Assembly: GCA_937138415.1 (NCBI GenBank)
Contig: CAKZPA010000036.1
Span: 42,042-106,041, forward strand
From: an uncultured Nitrospiraceae bacterium
GTDB lineage: Bacteria > Nitrospirota > Thermodesulfovibrionia > Thermodesulfovibrionales > SM23-35
Direction of reading: 5' to 3'
DNA length: 64,000 nucleotides
Every line of letters starts with the position of its first letter. The first letter of the stretch is position 1. A program made the position numbers and the translations under genes. Below the pieces are notes generated by a model. The model saw nothing but the letters and a program-made list of their open reading frames with translations, was not told the DNA's origin and did no database searches. Positions 46,461-57,031 of the stretch are shown one piece after another.

Positions 46461-46542
46461 CGATCGTCCCGTTCATTCGGACGATCGAGCGAAATCACCC
46501 GACCGAGCGGTAGCGCCTACCGCGTGCGTACCGAACTCCTCC

Positions 46543-47784
46543 CTATGCGGTTTCCGCCTGTTTCTCGTAGATGAGAAGGGGTTTCTCGTTCTTCGTGATC
46601 GTCTCCTCCGTCACGAGGCATTCCTTCACCCCTTTTTGCGAAGGAATTTCATACATAACGTCGAGCATGATGTCCTCGAGAATCGAACGGAGACCGCGCG
46701 CGCCGGTCTTCCGCTGGATTGCTTTCCTCGCGATGGCGGAAAGGGCGCCCTCACTGAACTTGAGCCGCACGTTCTCGAACGAAAGGAGCCGCTGGTACTG
46801 TTTGATGAGTGCGTTCTTCGGCTCGGTCAGGATCTTCACGAGAGCCTGCTCGTCGAGTTCGTCGAGACCGGCCACGACCGGCATCCTCCCGACGAATTCA
46901 GGAATCAAACCGTACTTGATCAAATCTTCGGGCTCGACATGGCTCAGGATCTCGCCGATCCTCCTCTCCCTGCGCGCGACCGCGTCGGAGATAAAGCCGA
47001 CCGTTCTCTGCCCGATACGTTGCTCGATGATCGTATCGAGCCCGATGAACGCGCCGCCGCAGATGAAGAGAATGTTCGTCGTATCGACCTGGATATACTC
47101 CTGCTGCGGATGCTTGCGTCCGCCCTGCGGCGGGATATTGGCGATCGTCCCCTCGACCAACTTGAGGAGGGCCTGCTGCACGCCCTCTCCTGAAACGTCC
47201 CGCGTGATGGAAGGGTTGTCCGACTTTCTGCTGATCTTGTCGATCTCGTCGATGTACACGATCCCTCTCTGGGCCCGTTCCGTGTCGTACTGCGCGGCCT
47301 GGAGGAGCTTGAGGATGATGTTTTCGACATCCTCGCCGACGTAGCCGGCCTCCGTGAGCGTCGTCGCGTCCGCGATCGCGAACGGCACGTCGAGAATCCG
47401 CGCGAGCGTCTGCGCGAAGAGCGTCTTCCCCGTTCCGGTCGGACCGATGAGGAGAATGTTGCTCTTCTGCAGCTCGATGTCCGACTCCACGGGACCGTAT
47501 ATTCTCTTGTAGTGATTGTGAACCGCGACGGAAAGGATTTTCTTCGCGCGTTCCTGTCCGATGACGTAATCGCCGAGCGACTGGTGGATCTCCCGTGGCG
47601 TCGGCAGCTTGGGCAGCGACGGGACTTTGACCTCCTCTTGGAACGTGTCCGCGATGATCTCGTTGCACAGCTCGACGCACTCGTTACAGATGTAAACGGT
47701 CGGTCCCGCTATGAGCTTTTTGACTTCGCTATGCCCCTTCCCGCAGAAGGAGCACTTGAGCGACTGTTCGTCTTTTTTAGGCAC
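46543..47784 (-). CDS. clpX: ATP-dependent Clp protease ATP-binding subunit ClpX
   Basis: N-terminal zinc finger CSFCGK...CNEC, Walker [18 protein letters not shown]. Confidence 0.97.
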   Translation of the reverse strand: MPKKDEQSLKCSFCGKGHSEVKKLIAGPTVYICNECVELCNEIIADTFQEEVKVPSLPKLPTPREIHQSLGDYVIGQERAKKILSVAVHNHYKRIYGPVESDIELQKSNILLIGPTGTGKTLFAQTLARILDVPFAIADATTLTEAGYVGEDVENIILKLLQAAQYDTERAQRGIVYIDEIDKISRKSDNPSITRDVSGEGVQQALLKLVEGTIANIPPQGGRKHPQQEYIQVDTTNILFICGGAFIGLDTIIEQRIGQRTVGFISDAVARRERRIGEILSHVEPEDLIKYGLIPEFVGRMPVVAGLDELDEQALVKILTEPKNALIKQYQRLLSFENVRLKFSEGALSAIARKAIQRKTGARGLRSILEDIMLDVMYEIPSQKGVKECLVTEETITKNEKPLLIYEKQAETA

Positions 47785-48379
47785 GGATCCTCCTCTCCTT
47801 GAGACTGCTTATGACCTCGTCGACAATGCCGTACTCCCGCGCTTCTTCACCAGACATGAAGAAATCCCGGTCGGTATCGGCCTGGATCTTCTCGAGGGGC
47901 TGACCGGTGTGGAACGACAGTATTCTGTTCAGCGTCTCTTTCATCCGGAGTATCTCCCGTGCGTGGATCTCGATATCGGTCGCCTGTCCGTGAAATCCGC
48001 CCATCGGCTGGTGCAACATGATCCGCGCGTGGGGCAGGGCAAAGCGCTTCCCTTTCGTTCCCGCGGCGAGGAGGAGAGCCCCCATGCTCGCCGCCTGCCC
48101 GATGCAGTACGTCGCGATATCCGGCTTCACGTACTGCATCGTATCGTAGATCGCGAGGCCGGAAGAGACGATACCACCCGGTGAATTGACGTAGAGGTGG
48201 ATATCCTTATCGGGATCTTCCGTCTGCAGGAAGAGCAGTTGCGCGATGACGATGTTCGCGACGACGTCGTCGATCGCCGTGCCGACGAAGATGATCCGGT
48301 CCTTGAGGAGCCTGGAGTAAATATCGTATGCCCGCTCGGTCCGTCCGGTCTGTTCTATGACGATCGGAATAATGCTCAT
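47777..48379 (-). CDS. clpP: ATP-dependent Clp protease proteolytic subunit
   Basis: [11 protein letters not shown] (Ser), MLHQPMGG (His), DRDFFMS (Asp). Confidence 0.97.
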   Translation of the reverse strand: MSIIPIVIEQTGRTERAYDIYSRLLKDRIIFVGTAIDDVVANIVIAQLLFLQTEDPDKDIHLYVNSPGGIVSSGLAIYDTMQYVKPDIATYCIGQAASMGALLLAAGTKGKRFALPHARIMLHQPMGGFHGQATDIEIHAREILRMKETLNRILSFHTGQPLEKIQADTDRDFFMSGEEAREYGIVDEVISSLKERRIRA

Positions 48380-49710
48380 GGGTTCTCCTTTTCGATGGTC
48401 GCCCGCTCGAGGAGCAGATCCATCACTTTCTCTTCCAGCATCGACTGTCTGAGGCCCTCGAGGGAGCCGTCACGATACGAGTAGAAATTTCTGATCGCCT
48501 CGGGTGACGCTTCCATCTTCTGCGCGAGCGTCGCGATGCGTTCGTTGAGTTCGGCATCCGACACGATGATCCCCTCTTTCCGGGCGATCGCGTCGAGGAT
48601 GAAACGCGCCTGCACGTTCCGCACGGCGCTCTTCCTGACCGCCGCATCGTCGTCCACGGCCTTCTCCTGCTCCGCCCCTTCCGCCCGGGGTTCCTGCGCC
48701 GTTGCCGCACCGTCCGTCGCGGTGCCCGTCGGAACCGACGATTCCGGCGAACCCGACAGACTGCGCTGCAAGCTGATCGATTCGATTTCCCTCCGCACCA
48801 AGGATTCCGGGACGTCGAACGAGTGCGCGTCGACGAGCTTTCTCACGATCTCGGCCTTCTGGATCGTCCGTACCCGATCGGCCTTCGCCGCCCGAATTTT
48901 TTCCCGGACCGCGCCGGTCAATTCAGCGACGGTTTCGTACCCAAGATCCTTCGCAAACTCGTCGTCGATGGCCGGTAGGGTTTTTCTCTTCACCTCGCTC
49001 ACGCGCACGCGAATCCTGAGCTGCTTGCCCGCGAGCTCCTTGGGCGCCGTCTCATCGAAAACCCGATCGAACTCGACGACGTCGCCTTTCTTCTTCCCGA
49101 GCACCTTGTCCATGATGTCCCCGGGGAAAACCTCGTTCCCCATTTTCGAGACAGCCTCTTTTGCCGAAGGGACGGTCTCCCCCTCGGCCGTCACACAATC
49201 GACGAATTCAAAGGACACGAAATCGTCCGTTTCCGCTCCCGCGTCCGACACGTCGAAGACGGCCCGCTTCTGCTGCAGCGCCTTCAGCGCCTCCTCGACT
49301 TCCGCATCCTTCACCTCAAACGGTATATCTTTCGCCGTAAGATTGTCATAGGAGATCTGTTCGATCTTCGGCTTGACCTCGACCGTGACCGAAAAAGAGA
49401 GCGGCGCATTGCGTTTGTATTCGAATTCTTCGTCGAGTTCCGGCATCGTCACCGGATCGAGCGCCGCCTCGCGAATGGCGCTGCTCAGGTGCTCGGGCAC
49501 GACCTTCTCGAGGACTTCCGCTTCCGCCCGCTTCCCGAAACGCTTCTCGATGAGGCTGACCGGGGCTCGTCCGGCCCGGAATCCGGGTATTGCAACCGAA
49601 CTCCTCAGTTTCTCCAAAGACTTCCGTATCTCCGTTTCGATGAGTTCCGCCGGAATTTCTATTCTGAGTCGCTTCTTCGTCTCGCTGATATCATCGACAG
49701 ACTTGAGCAC
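48376..49710 (-). CDS. tig: Trigger factor
   Basis: 444 aa with [18 protein letters not shown] (ribosome-binding region) and a PPIase middle; tig-clpP-clpX order. GTG start after GGGAGG. Confidence 0.9.
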   Translation of the reverse strand: MLKSVDDISETKKRLRIEIPAELIETEIRKSLEKLRSSVAIPGFRAGRAPVSLIEKRFGKRAEAEVLEKVVPEHLSSAIREAALDPVTMPELDEEFEYKRNAPLSFSVTVEVKPKIEQISYDNLTAKDIPFEVKDAEVEEALKALQQKRAVFDVSDAGAETDDFVSFEFVDCVTAEGETVPSAKEAVSKMGNEVFPGDIMDKVLGKKKGDVVEFDRVFDETAPKELAGKQLRIRVRVSEVKRKTLPAIDDEFAKDLGYETVAELTGAVREKIRAAKADRVRTIQKAEIVRKLVDAHSFDVPESLVRREIESISLQRSLSGSPESSVPTGTATDGAATAQEPRAEGAEQEKAVDDDAAVRKSAVRNVQARFILDAIARKEGIIVSDAELNERIATLAQKMEASPEAIRNFYSYRDGSLEGLRQSMLEEKVMDLLLERATIEKENP

Positions 49711-49734
49711 GCAAAACCTCCCGAAAATTTATTT

Positions 49735-49764
49735 ACTCTAAAATACGCCTAAAAGCTTTGTCAA
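49735..49764 (-). promoter_or_regulatory. Sigma70-like promoter candidate for tig
   Basis: Minus strand TTGACA (49764-49759), 18 nt, TAGAGT (49740-49735), 25 nt upstream of the tig start. Confidence 0.35.
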
Positions 49765-49799
49765 ACAAGGGAATGCGGCGAGACAAGGGTGCGCGAGAG

Positions 49800-50981
49800 T
49801 TAGAGAATCTTTCCGATCCTCGAAAACGCCGCTTCGATAACGTCCGGCTCTGGCAGGAACGTCGTCCTGAAGTAGACCCCGTCTTCCTGTCTCCCGAAGC
49901 CCGATCCGGGCACAAAGACCACCCCCTGGTGGAGGGCGGCGCGAACGAATTCGAGGTCCTTCTTCCACTTCTTGCTCTCGATCTTTATGAACGCATAGAA
50001 CGCCCCGTTCGGAACCGGGTAAGTCAGCGGCATTTTCCGCGTGATCCGGATGAATGCGTTTCTCCTCTCGAGGAGCTTCCCCTTGATATCGGCGAGGTAC
50101 GCTGGATACGACGGATCTGTGATCGCGGCCGACGCGGCCTTCTGATATTCCCAGTTGACGGAAAGGCGCTGGTTGCACAGGAGGAAAAAGGCATTCTTGA
50201 CCTCCTCCCATTTGTCCCCGTGGAATGCCACCCAGCCGAGACGCGCGCCGGGATAGTTGAAGCACTTGGACAGGGAACTGCCATAAATGAACGGTACCTT
50301 TCTCCTCGCTATCTTCCTGAAATCGACCGGCTTCCCCTCGAAAACGAGCTGGTCGTATGAGCCGTCGTAGAAAATCGGCACGTCGTATTCGGCGCAGAGG
50401 TGGACGACATCTGAGAGGTTCTTCTCCGAATACACCGCACCGAGCGGGTTGTTCGGATTGATGATGACCATTGCCTTGGCGCCTTCGATCTTTTTCGCGA
50501 GGTTCGCGACGTCGATCTGTCCGTCCCCATCGTGACGGTAGAAGACCGTGTCGCCCTCGAACTGCTTCGCTTTGCTCAGATACAGAGGATACGCCGGGTT
50601 CGGCAGGAGCACCTTCTCCCCGAAACCGATGAACGCATGGAAAAAGAAATCGATTCCTTCCGTCAACCCCGCGACGATGAAAACATCATCGGGGGAGCAC
50701 TTTTCGATCTGCGCCACGGCGGCGCGGAGCTGCTCATCGCCTTCGGAAGGGGCGTACCCCTGGCAGTTCTCGTCGAGCGCGCGCTTCACCCGCTCCGCGA
50801 TCGCGCCGAAGGGCCGAAAACCGTAGAGGGGAGGATCTCCGATGTTCAGGTAGATCATCTGTTTGCCTTTCGCCTCCTCCCGTTTCGCCTCCATGACGAT
50901 ATCCCTGATCGGATAGCTCACGACATTCATGCGTTCGGTCGGCCGATACGGCAATTTTCTCTTTAGTTTCAGGTGTAGCAT
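49800..50981 (-). CDS. Class I/II PLP-dependent aminotransferase (alanine/aspartate aminotransferase-like)
   Basis: INPNNPLGAVY and SLSKCFNYPGARLGW (PLP-Lys motif). ATG at 50981 follows GGGAGAAGG. Confidence 0.85.
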   Translation of the reverse strand: MLHLKLKRKLPYRPTERMNVVSYPIRDIVMEAKREEAKGKQMIYLNIGDPPLYGFRPFGAIAERVKRALDENCQGYAPSEGDEQLRAAVAQIEKCSPDDVFIVAGLTEGIDFFFHAFIGFGEKVLLPNPAYPLYLSKAKQFEGDTVFYRHDGDGQIDVANLAKKIEGAKAMVIINPNNPLGAVYSEKNLSDVVHLCAEYDVPIFYDGSYDQLVFEGKPVDFRKIARRKVPFIYGSSLSKCFNYPGARLGWVAFHGDKWEEVKNAFFLLCNQRLSVNWEYQKAASAAITDPSYPAYLADIKGKLLERRNAFIRITRKMPLTYPVPNGAFYAFIKIESKKWKKDLEFVRAALHQGVVFVPGSGFGRQEDGVYFRTTFLPEPDVIEAAFSRIGKIL

Positions 50982-51198
50982 ACCGGTCCTTCTCCCACCT
51001 TTCCCATACGGGTGATCATCAGAATAACACTTGCCCGCGCAAATTGACAAGTAGCATCTTGCGCCGCGAGAAGCCGCCTCTCATTTGACAAAGTTCCCTC
51101 CATCCTTTATGTTTTAATGACGCTGCGGGTCGGCACGAGGCGCGATCCGTTTCCCCGAAAACGCCTTCCGTGGACTTCGCGGCGATCAGGATGTTCTC

Positions 51199-52071
51199 AT
51201 GGGTACGTCAGCGACAATGAGGCTGCCCGAATGGGCACGGACGGAGAGGCGAGGGAAACCCCGCGAGACAAAACGCGTGCTTCGATCCGTCGGCCTCGCA
51301 ACGGTCTGCGAAGAAGCACGATGCCCGAATATCGGCCTCTGCTTCTCGAAACCGTCCGCGGCCTTCATCATCATGGGGCCGAACTGCACGAGAAATTGCC
51401 GTTTTTGCGCGGTCACCCACGCCCTGCCCGAACCTCTCAAGAATGACGAGCCCCAGAGGGTCGGGCTCGCCGCGAGCGCCCTCGGCCTGCGGTACGTCGT
51501 CATTACTTCCGTGACGCGCGATGACCTTCCCGACGGGGGCGCCGAACACTTCGCGCGAACCGTTCGCGCGGCCAGGCGCCGCGTCCCCGCCGCGAAGGTC
51601 GAAGTCCTGACGCCCGACTTCCGGGGATCTCCGGAGAGCGTCGCCGTGGTCGTGGGCGCGCGCCCCGACGTGTTCAACCATAACGTCGAAACGGTGCCCC
51701 GACTCTATCCTGCCGTCAGGCCGCAGGCGGACTACCGGCGATCGCTCTCTGTGCTGCATCGGGCCGCGTCCCTCGACCCGTCGCTTCGGATCAAATCGGG
51801 ACTCATGCTCGGGCTCGGGGAAAGAATCGAAGAGGTTCTCCAGGTCATGATGGACCTGAGAGAGGCCGGGTGCGAGTTCCTCACCCTGGGTCAGTACCTG
51901 AGGCCCTCGAGAGCGCACGCGCCCGTCGAGAGGTACATCGACCCCGCCGAGTTCGATGACCTGCGCCACCGCGGTCTCGCGATGGGATTTCGACAGGTTC
52001 TCTCCGGGCCCCTCGTGAGAAGCTCGAAGGACGCCGAAGAAATGTATAATAGAGGTCACCCGGAAACATAG
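51199..52071 (+). CDS. lipA: Lipoyl synthase (radical SAM)
   Basis: CEEARCPNIGLC auxiliary-cluster motif and the CTRNCRFC radical-SAM motif. Confidence 0.95.
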   Translation: MGTSATMRLPEWARTERRGKPRETKRVLRSVGLATVCEEARCPNIGLCFSKPSAAFIIMGPNCTRNCRFCAVTHALPEPLKNDEPQRVGLAASALGLRYVVITSVTRDDLPDGGAEHFARTVRAARRRVPAAKVEVLTPDFRGSPESVAVVVGARPDVFNHNVETVPRLYPAVRPQADYRRSLSVLHRAASLDPSLRIKSGLMLGLGERIEEVLQVMMDLREAGCEFLTLGQYLRPSRAHAPVERYIDPAEFDDLRHRGLAMGFRQVLSGPLVRSSKDAEEMYNRGHPET

Positions 52072-52095
52072 ACTCGGAGAGAGGTGCGAGAAATC

Positions 52096-53397
52096 ATGAT
52101 AAACGTCGGAATCATAGGGTTCGGGGTCGTCGGGAGCGGGACAGCGAAGATCCTCCTCGAGAATGCGGATATCCTGAGGGAACGGGTCGGCTTCGAGATT
52201 GCCTTGAGAAAAATCGCCGATCTCGACATCGAACGCGACCGGGGGATCAGGATCCCGGATGGTGTTCTGACGCGCGACGTGAACGAGGTTCTCGAGAACC
52301 CGGACATCCACGTCGTCGTCGAGTTGATCGGGGGCGTCAGACCGGCAAAAGACTTCATCCTGAGGGCGATCCGGAACGGAAAGCACGTCGTTACCGCGAA
52401 CAAAGCGCTCCTCGCGACCGAGGGAACGGATATTTTCGCGGCCGCCCGGGAAGCGGGAGTCGAGGTGGGATTCGAAGCGTCCGTCGCCGGTGCCATCCCC
52501 ATCATAAAGGTAATGAAAGAGAGCCTCGTCGCCAACAGAATCAGAGCGATCTACGGCATCATCAACGGAACGTCCAACTTCATCCTCACCAAGATGACCG
52601 ATCACGGCGTCGAGTTCGCCGATGCGCTCAGAGAGGCCCAGTCGCTCGGCTATGCGGAAGCCGACCCGACACTCGACATCGAAGGGATCGACACCGCGCA
52701 CAAACTGACCATTCTCTCGACGCTCGCGTACGGAATTCCGCTCTCGTTCGGCAATATCCACATCGAGGGAATCAGCGGCGTCGCGACACAGGATATCGCC
52801 TTCGCGGCCGAACTCGGCTACAAGGTCAAGCTTCTCGCAATCGCGAAGGAAGCGAACGGCGCGATCGAACTTAGGGTTCATCCGACGATGATCCCCAGGG
52901 AATACCTCATCGCGAAGGTCGACGGCCCGTTCAACGCGATCTACGTGGACGGGGACGCCGCGGGTTCGACCATGTACTACGGCAGAGGAGCGGGTTCCGT
53001 TCCGACCGGGAGTGCCGTCGTGAGCGATATCGCGGATATCGCGCGCAATATCCGCAGAGGCGCCATCGGGCGGGTTCCGACGGTCCCCGTGACGACGAGG
53101 CGACTGACGATAAAGAAGATCGACGACGTCATTTCCCGATACTATTTTCGGTTTTCCGCGCTCGACAGGCCCGGCGTCCTCTCGAAGATCTCGGGCATCC
53201 TCGGTGCGCGCGACATCAGCATCGCGTCGGTCATACAGAAAGGGAGGCGGGCGGGCGAAGCCGTCCCGCTGGTCGTCCTTACCCACGAGGCGCGGGAACG
53301 CGACGTCCGCCGGGCAATCGAAGAAATCGACGCCCTTCCCGTCGTCATGGACCGCACCGTCTTCCTGCGGGTCGAGGGCAGGGAAGAGAGCACCTGA
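52096..53397 (+). CDS. hom: Homoserine dehydrogenase with a C-terminal ACT domain
   Basis: INVGIIGFGVVGSG, ANKALLA, GIINGTSNFILT, and ACT-like YYFRFSALDRPGVLSKISGILG. GTG at 52084 is an alternative start. Confidence 0.9.
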   Translation: MINVGIIGFGVVGSGTAKILLENADILRERVGFEIALRKIADLDIERDRGIRIPDGVLTRDVNEVLENPDIHVVVELIGGVRPAKDFILRAIRNGKHVVTANKALLATEGTDIFAAAREAGVEVGFEASVAGAIPIIKVMKESLVANRIRAIYGIINGTSNFILTKMTDHGVEFADALREAQSLGYAEADPTLDIEGIDTAHKLTILSTLAYGIPLSFGNIHIEGISGVATQDIAFAAELGYKVKLLAIAKEANGAIELRVHPTMIPREYLIAKVDGPFNAIYVDGDAAGSTMYYGRGAGSVPTGSAVVSDIADIARNIRRGAIGRVPTVPVTTRRLTIKKIDDVISRYYFRFSALDRPGVLSKISGILGARDISIASVIQKGRRAGEAVPLVVLTHEARERDVRRAIEEIDALPVVMDRTVFLRVEGREEST

Positions 53398-53438
53398 CCA
53401 ATCATCATAGCCGCGCTTCGGCGCGAGGGAGTGTCCCG

Positions 53439-53675
53439 GTGAAGAAACGAGTGAAACTGATTTTCCCGAAGCACCTCATCAGAGAACCCGTCATCTTCGG
53501 CATGGCCAAGAGGTACGAGGTGATGCCGAATATCTTTCAGGCGAGGATCACGGAATCGTTCGGCGAGATAGTGCTCGAACTGGATGGCGAAGAAAAAAAC
53601 CTCGACGACGGCCTCGCGTCTCTGAGGGAAAAGGGGATCGTTGTTGAGCCGCTCGAAAACGCGGCCTTAGAATAG
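53439..53675 (+). CDS. Stand-alone NIL-domain-like small protein
   Basis: 78 aa; KLIFPKHLIREPVIFGMAKRYEVMPNIFQARI...GEIVLELDG resembles the ferredoxin-fold NIL domain of MetN C-termini (from memory). Confidence 0.55.
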   Translation: MKKRVKLIFPKHLIREPVIFGMAKRYEVMPNIFQARITESFGEIVLELDGEEKNLDDGLASLREKGIVVEPLENAALE

Positions 53676-53681
53676 AATATT

Positions 53682-54893
53682 ATGAAATACATCGTCCTGA
53701 TCGGTGACGGGATGGCGGACCGACCGCTCAAGGAATTGGGCGGGAAGACGCCCCTCCAGGCAGCCGCGACACCGCATATGAACAGGCTCGCCCGGGAGGG
53801 CACCATCGGGAAAATCCGCACGATACCGGCCGGATTCCATCCGGGTTCGGATATCGCGAACCTGAACATTCTCGGGTACGACCCCCGCCGATACTATTCG
53901 GGGAGGGCTCCGCTCGAGGCGGCGAGCATAGGAATCCCTATGAAAGAAGACGACGTCGCGTACCGCTGCAACCTCGTCACGCTGAAATACAATAAAGACA
54001 GGACAAAAGCGGTCATGGACGACTACAGTAGCGGCCATATATCGACAGAGGAAGCGAGGGAACTCATCCTCTCGGTAAATCAGATCATCGGCGGCCACGG
54101 CATCAGTTTCCACCCGGGCGTGAGTTACCGGCATATCATGCTCTGGTCATCGGGAGAAGCGGACATCGAATGCACTCCGCCGCACGATATCACCGGCAAG
54201 GAAATTTCCGACTACCTCCCCGTGGGCAACGGCGAAGACATCCTGAGGGAATTGATGCTCAAGTCGGCGGGCATCCTCGAAAACCACCCGATCAACAGGG
54301 AACGCGTCCGCCGCGGCGAGAAACCCGCCAACAGCATCTGGCTGTGGGGTCAAGGGAGAAAAATGATCCTGCCGACCTTCCAAGAGAAGTACGCCCTCGA
54401 GGGCGCGCTCGTATCCGCGGTCGATCTGATGCGCGGTCTTGCGGTCTGCGCCGGGATGGAAGTTCTCCGCGTGCCCGGCATCACGGGCTTCCTCGACACG
54501 AACTACGAGGGCAAGGTGGACGCCGCTCTGAGAGCGCTCGAGCGCGTCGACGTAGCCTATATCCACGTCGAAGCGCCCGACGAAGCCGGCCACATGGGAA
54601 GTCACACCCACAAGATCCAGGCGATAGAAGACTTCGACGCCCGTGTCGTCGGCAACGTGCTCAAAGGAATGGCCCGGTTCGGCGAGTATCGCGTGCTCAT
54701 CCTTCCCGACCATGCGACGCCGATCGAGGTCAGGACCCATACGGATGAACCGGTACCGTTCGTCCTCTATGACAGCAGGCGAAGAGAGGAGCACATCGGC
54801 GCATCGTTCGACGAATCGATCCTCAGTCGCGACGACATCGTCGTTTTCGACGAAGGGCATACGCTGATGGACTTCTTTATCCGGGGAGCGTGA
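53682..54893 (+). CDS. Cofactor-independent phosphoglycerate mutase family protein (ApgM type)
   Basis: KYIVLIGDGMADRP, VEAPDEAGHMG and ILPDHATP are alkaline-phosphatase-superfamily metal-site motifs of the ApgM family. Confidence 0.8.
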   Translation: MKYIVLIGDGMADRPLKELGGKTPLQAAATPHMNRLAREGTIGKIRTIPAGFHPGSDIANLNILGYDPRRYYSGRAPLEAASIGIPMKEDDVAYRCNLVTLKYNKDRTKAVMDDYSSGHISTEEARELILSVNQIIGGHGISFHPGVSYRHIMLWSSGEADIECTPPHDITGKEISDYLPVGNGEDILRELMLKSAGILENHPINRERVRRGEKPANSIWLWGQGRKMILPTFQEKYALEGALVSAVDLMRGLAVCAGMEVLRVPGITGFLDTNYEGKVDAALRALERVDVAYIHVEAPDEAGHMGSHTHKIQAIEDFDARVVGNVLKGMARFGEYRVLILPDHATPIEVRTHTDEPVPFVLYDSRRREEHIGASFDESILSRDDIVVFDEGHTLMDFFIRGA

Positions 54894-55522
54894 AAGAAAA
54901 AGGGAACATTCCGGAGATCCTCAGGCGCCTGAAAAAGGAGTATCCGGGCGCCCGCACGGCGCTCCGCTTCGGGACGCCGTTCGAACTCCTCGCCGCGACC
55001 ATCCTCTCCGCGCAGGCTACCGATGCCCTGGTGAACAAGGTGACCGCGGAGCTTTTCAGAAAGTACCGATCGGTGAAGGATTACGCTGAGGCCCCGCTCG
55101 AGACACTCCAGAACGACGTGCGATCGATCAACTTCTATAAAACGAAAGCCAAGAATATTCAGGCGTGCGCCCGAACCATCATGGAAAAATTCGGAGGAAC
55201 GGTCCCGAAGACGATGGAAGAACTCGTCACGTTGCCCGGGGTTGCGAGAAAGACGGCGAATATCATCCTGTCCAATGCCTTCGGGATCAACGAGGGGATC
55301 GCGGTCGATACGCACGTGAAGCGGCTCGCCCTCAGGCTCGGACTCACCCGGCACGAAGACCCCGTGAAGATCGAACGCGATCTCATGGCCCTGACCCCCC
55401 AGAAGGAATGGGGTACCCTATCGCACCTCCTCATTTTCCATGGGAGGAACGTCTGTCTCGCGAGAAATCCGAAGCACGAGACGTGCGTTCTCTCGGACAT
55501 CTGCCCGTCGAAGAACCTGTAA
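54890..55522 (+). CDS. nth: Endonuclease III
   Basis: HhH LPGVARKTANI, catalytic-region DTHV, and the [4Fe-4S] motif C-x6-C-x2-C-x5-C (CLARNPKHETCVLSDIC). GTGA overlap with the upstream stop. Confidence 0.9.
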   Translation: MKEKGNIPEILRRLKKEYPGARTALRFGTPFELLAATILSAQATDALVNKVTAELFRKYRSVKDYAEAPLETLQNDVRSINFYKTKAKNIQACARTIMEKFGGTVPKTMEELVTLPGVARKTANIILSNAFGINEGIAVDTHVKRLALRLGLTRHEDPVKIERDLMALTPQKEWGTLSHLLIFHGRNVCLARNPKHETCVLSDICPSKNL

Positions 55523-55692
55523 TGGCATAAAAGCATGGAACCCGGGCCATTTCTCATCGCCCTCGCGGTCATGTTCATCGTCTATAGCGCCATACGGTTG
55601 TTCCTCAAAAAATGACATGGAGCGTTCGATTGCCGGCATCACGAACGGTTCCGGACGGATAGCGGTCTGTTCTGACAAACGCCGGCGACGAC

Positions 55693-56736
55693 ATGTCGAG
55701 AAGCACGGTTTTCTTTCTCCCGGGCGCCGCCTGGAACATACCCTGGACCTTCGTGGAAACGATAAAACGACTCCTCCGCAATAGGAACTTCCTTCTCGTC
55801 ACAGCTCTTTTCGTCGGTCTCCTACGGCACGATGCTGCCCAATGGTCAGAGCCCCTCGTCTTTCCCGCGCTCGCGCTCATCATGACCCTCGCCGTCATGG
55901 ACACGCTCGAAACGGCGCACCTTTCGGTGAGGATGCTCCTCTCGTACGGCACCATCGGCATCCTCATGAATTACGCCGTGCACGGATCGCTCCTCATCGG
56001 GTTGAGCTACCTCCTCATAGGTGATCAGGCGTTACGCGCCGGTTTCATCATCCTCGCAGCAATGCCGCCCGCGGTCGCCGTCGTGCCCTTTTCCGCGTTC
56101 CTTCGGGGAAACAGCGTCGCGACACTCATGGGAACTATCGGTTCTTACCTCGGGGCGCTCGCCCTCGCGCCGCTCGTCGCGTTCACCTTTTTGGGCGATC
56201 ACTTCGTATCCCCGGTCAGGATACTCAGGGTCATCGGCGAGCTGATCGCTATGCCGGTCATCCTCGCATGGATCCTTGCGCATACGCCACTGTCGAAACG
56301 TGTCCACCGTTATCGGGGAACCGTGACAAACTGGAGTTTCTTTCTCATCACGTACACGATCGTCGGAGTAAACCGCCACGTGTTCATCGAAGAACCGATG
56401 TCACTGCTCCCCCTCGCCTCCATTGCATTTGCCGGCACCTTTGTTTTGGGGTGGCTCATAGAGACGTTCGCGAAGAGAGCGCGTCTCGCGCGGGATATGA
56501 CGGTCAGCATGGTGCTCCTCGGGACGCTCAAGAATTACGGTCTTTCGGGAGGCATCACCCTCTCGTTCCTCGATCCGCGCACGGCCGTCCCGTCGGCGGT
56601 TTCCGTCATTTTCATGATCCTCTACATCCTCTGGCTCGAGTACAGACAGAAAAGCGAAGCGAACGCCCCACCCGCCCCATCTCTCCTTCATCCGGACACG
56701 CGCAGTTTGCAAAACACGGAGCGGCACTCATTGTAA
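55693..56736 (+). CDS. Multi-TM permease (AEC / bile-acid:Na+ symporter-like)
   Basis: About 10 predicted TM helices; ILAAMPPAVAVVPFS and LGTLKNYGLSGGITL resemble BASS/AEC transporters. Assignment is tentative. Confidence 0.55.
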   Translation: MSRSTVFFLPGAAWNIPWTFVETIKRLLRNRNFLLVTALFVGLLRHDAAQWSEPLVFPALALIMTLAVMDTLETAHLSVRMLLSYGTIGILMNYAVHGSLLIGLSYLLIGDQALRAGFIILAAMPPAVAVVPFSAFLRGNSVATLMGTIGSYLGALALAPLVAFTFLGDHFVSPVRILRVIGELIAMPVILAWILAHTPLSKRVHRYRGTVTNWSFFLITYTIVGVNRHVFIEEPMSLLPLASIAFAGTFVLGWLIETFAKRARLARDMTVSMVLLGTLKNYGLSGGITLSFLDPRTAVPSAVSVIFMILYILWLEYRQKSEANAPPAPSLLHPDTRSLQNTERHSL

Positions 56737-56948
56737 GACAACGCGGCCTGTGGTAACATTCAATTTACTCCCCGTGAGAGTATATCTCTGCATTCAATCC
56801 TCTCAATCCGGCAACGATCGAAATCACCAAGATCGCCAACATTCCGTATGTCGAAGCTTCCTCTTTCCCATCCGTTTCAGATAACGATAACTATTTCGCA
56901 ACCATCAGCCTACATCTCCCGATGGATCTGCCTATCTCCTGCCAACAC

Positions 56949-56990
56949 CAAAAAAAGAAAAACCCCTGAATCTTGACAATAATTCAGGGG
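56949..56990 (-). terminator. Rho-independent terminator of argF
   Basis: Minus strand CCCCTGAATTattgtcaagATTCAGGGG followed by TTTTTCTTTTTTT, about 40 nt after the argF stop. Confidence 0.7.
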
Positions 56991-57031
56991 CGCTACTTAA
57001 TCGGTAGAAAGGCTTAATAATAATCTATTAA

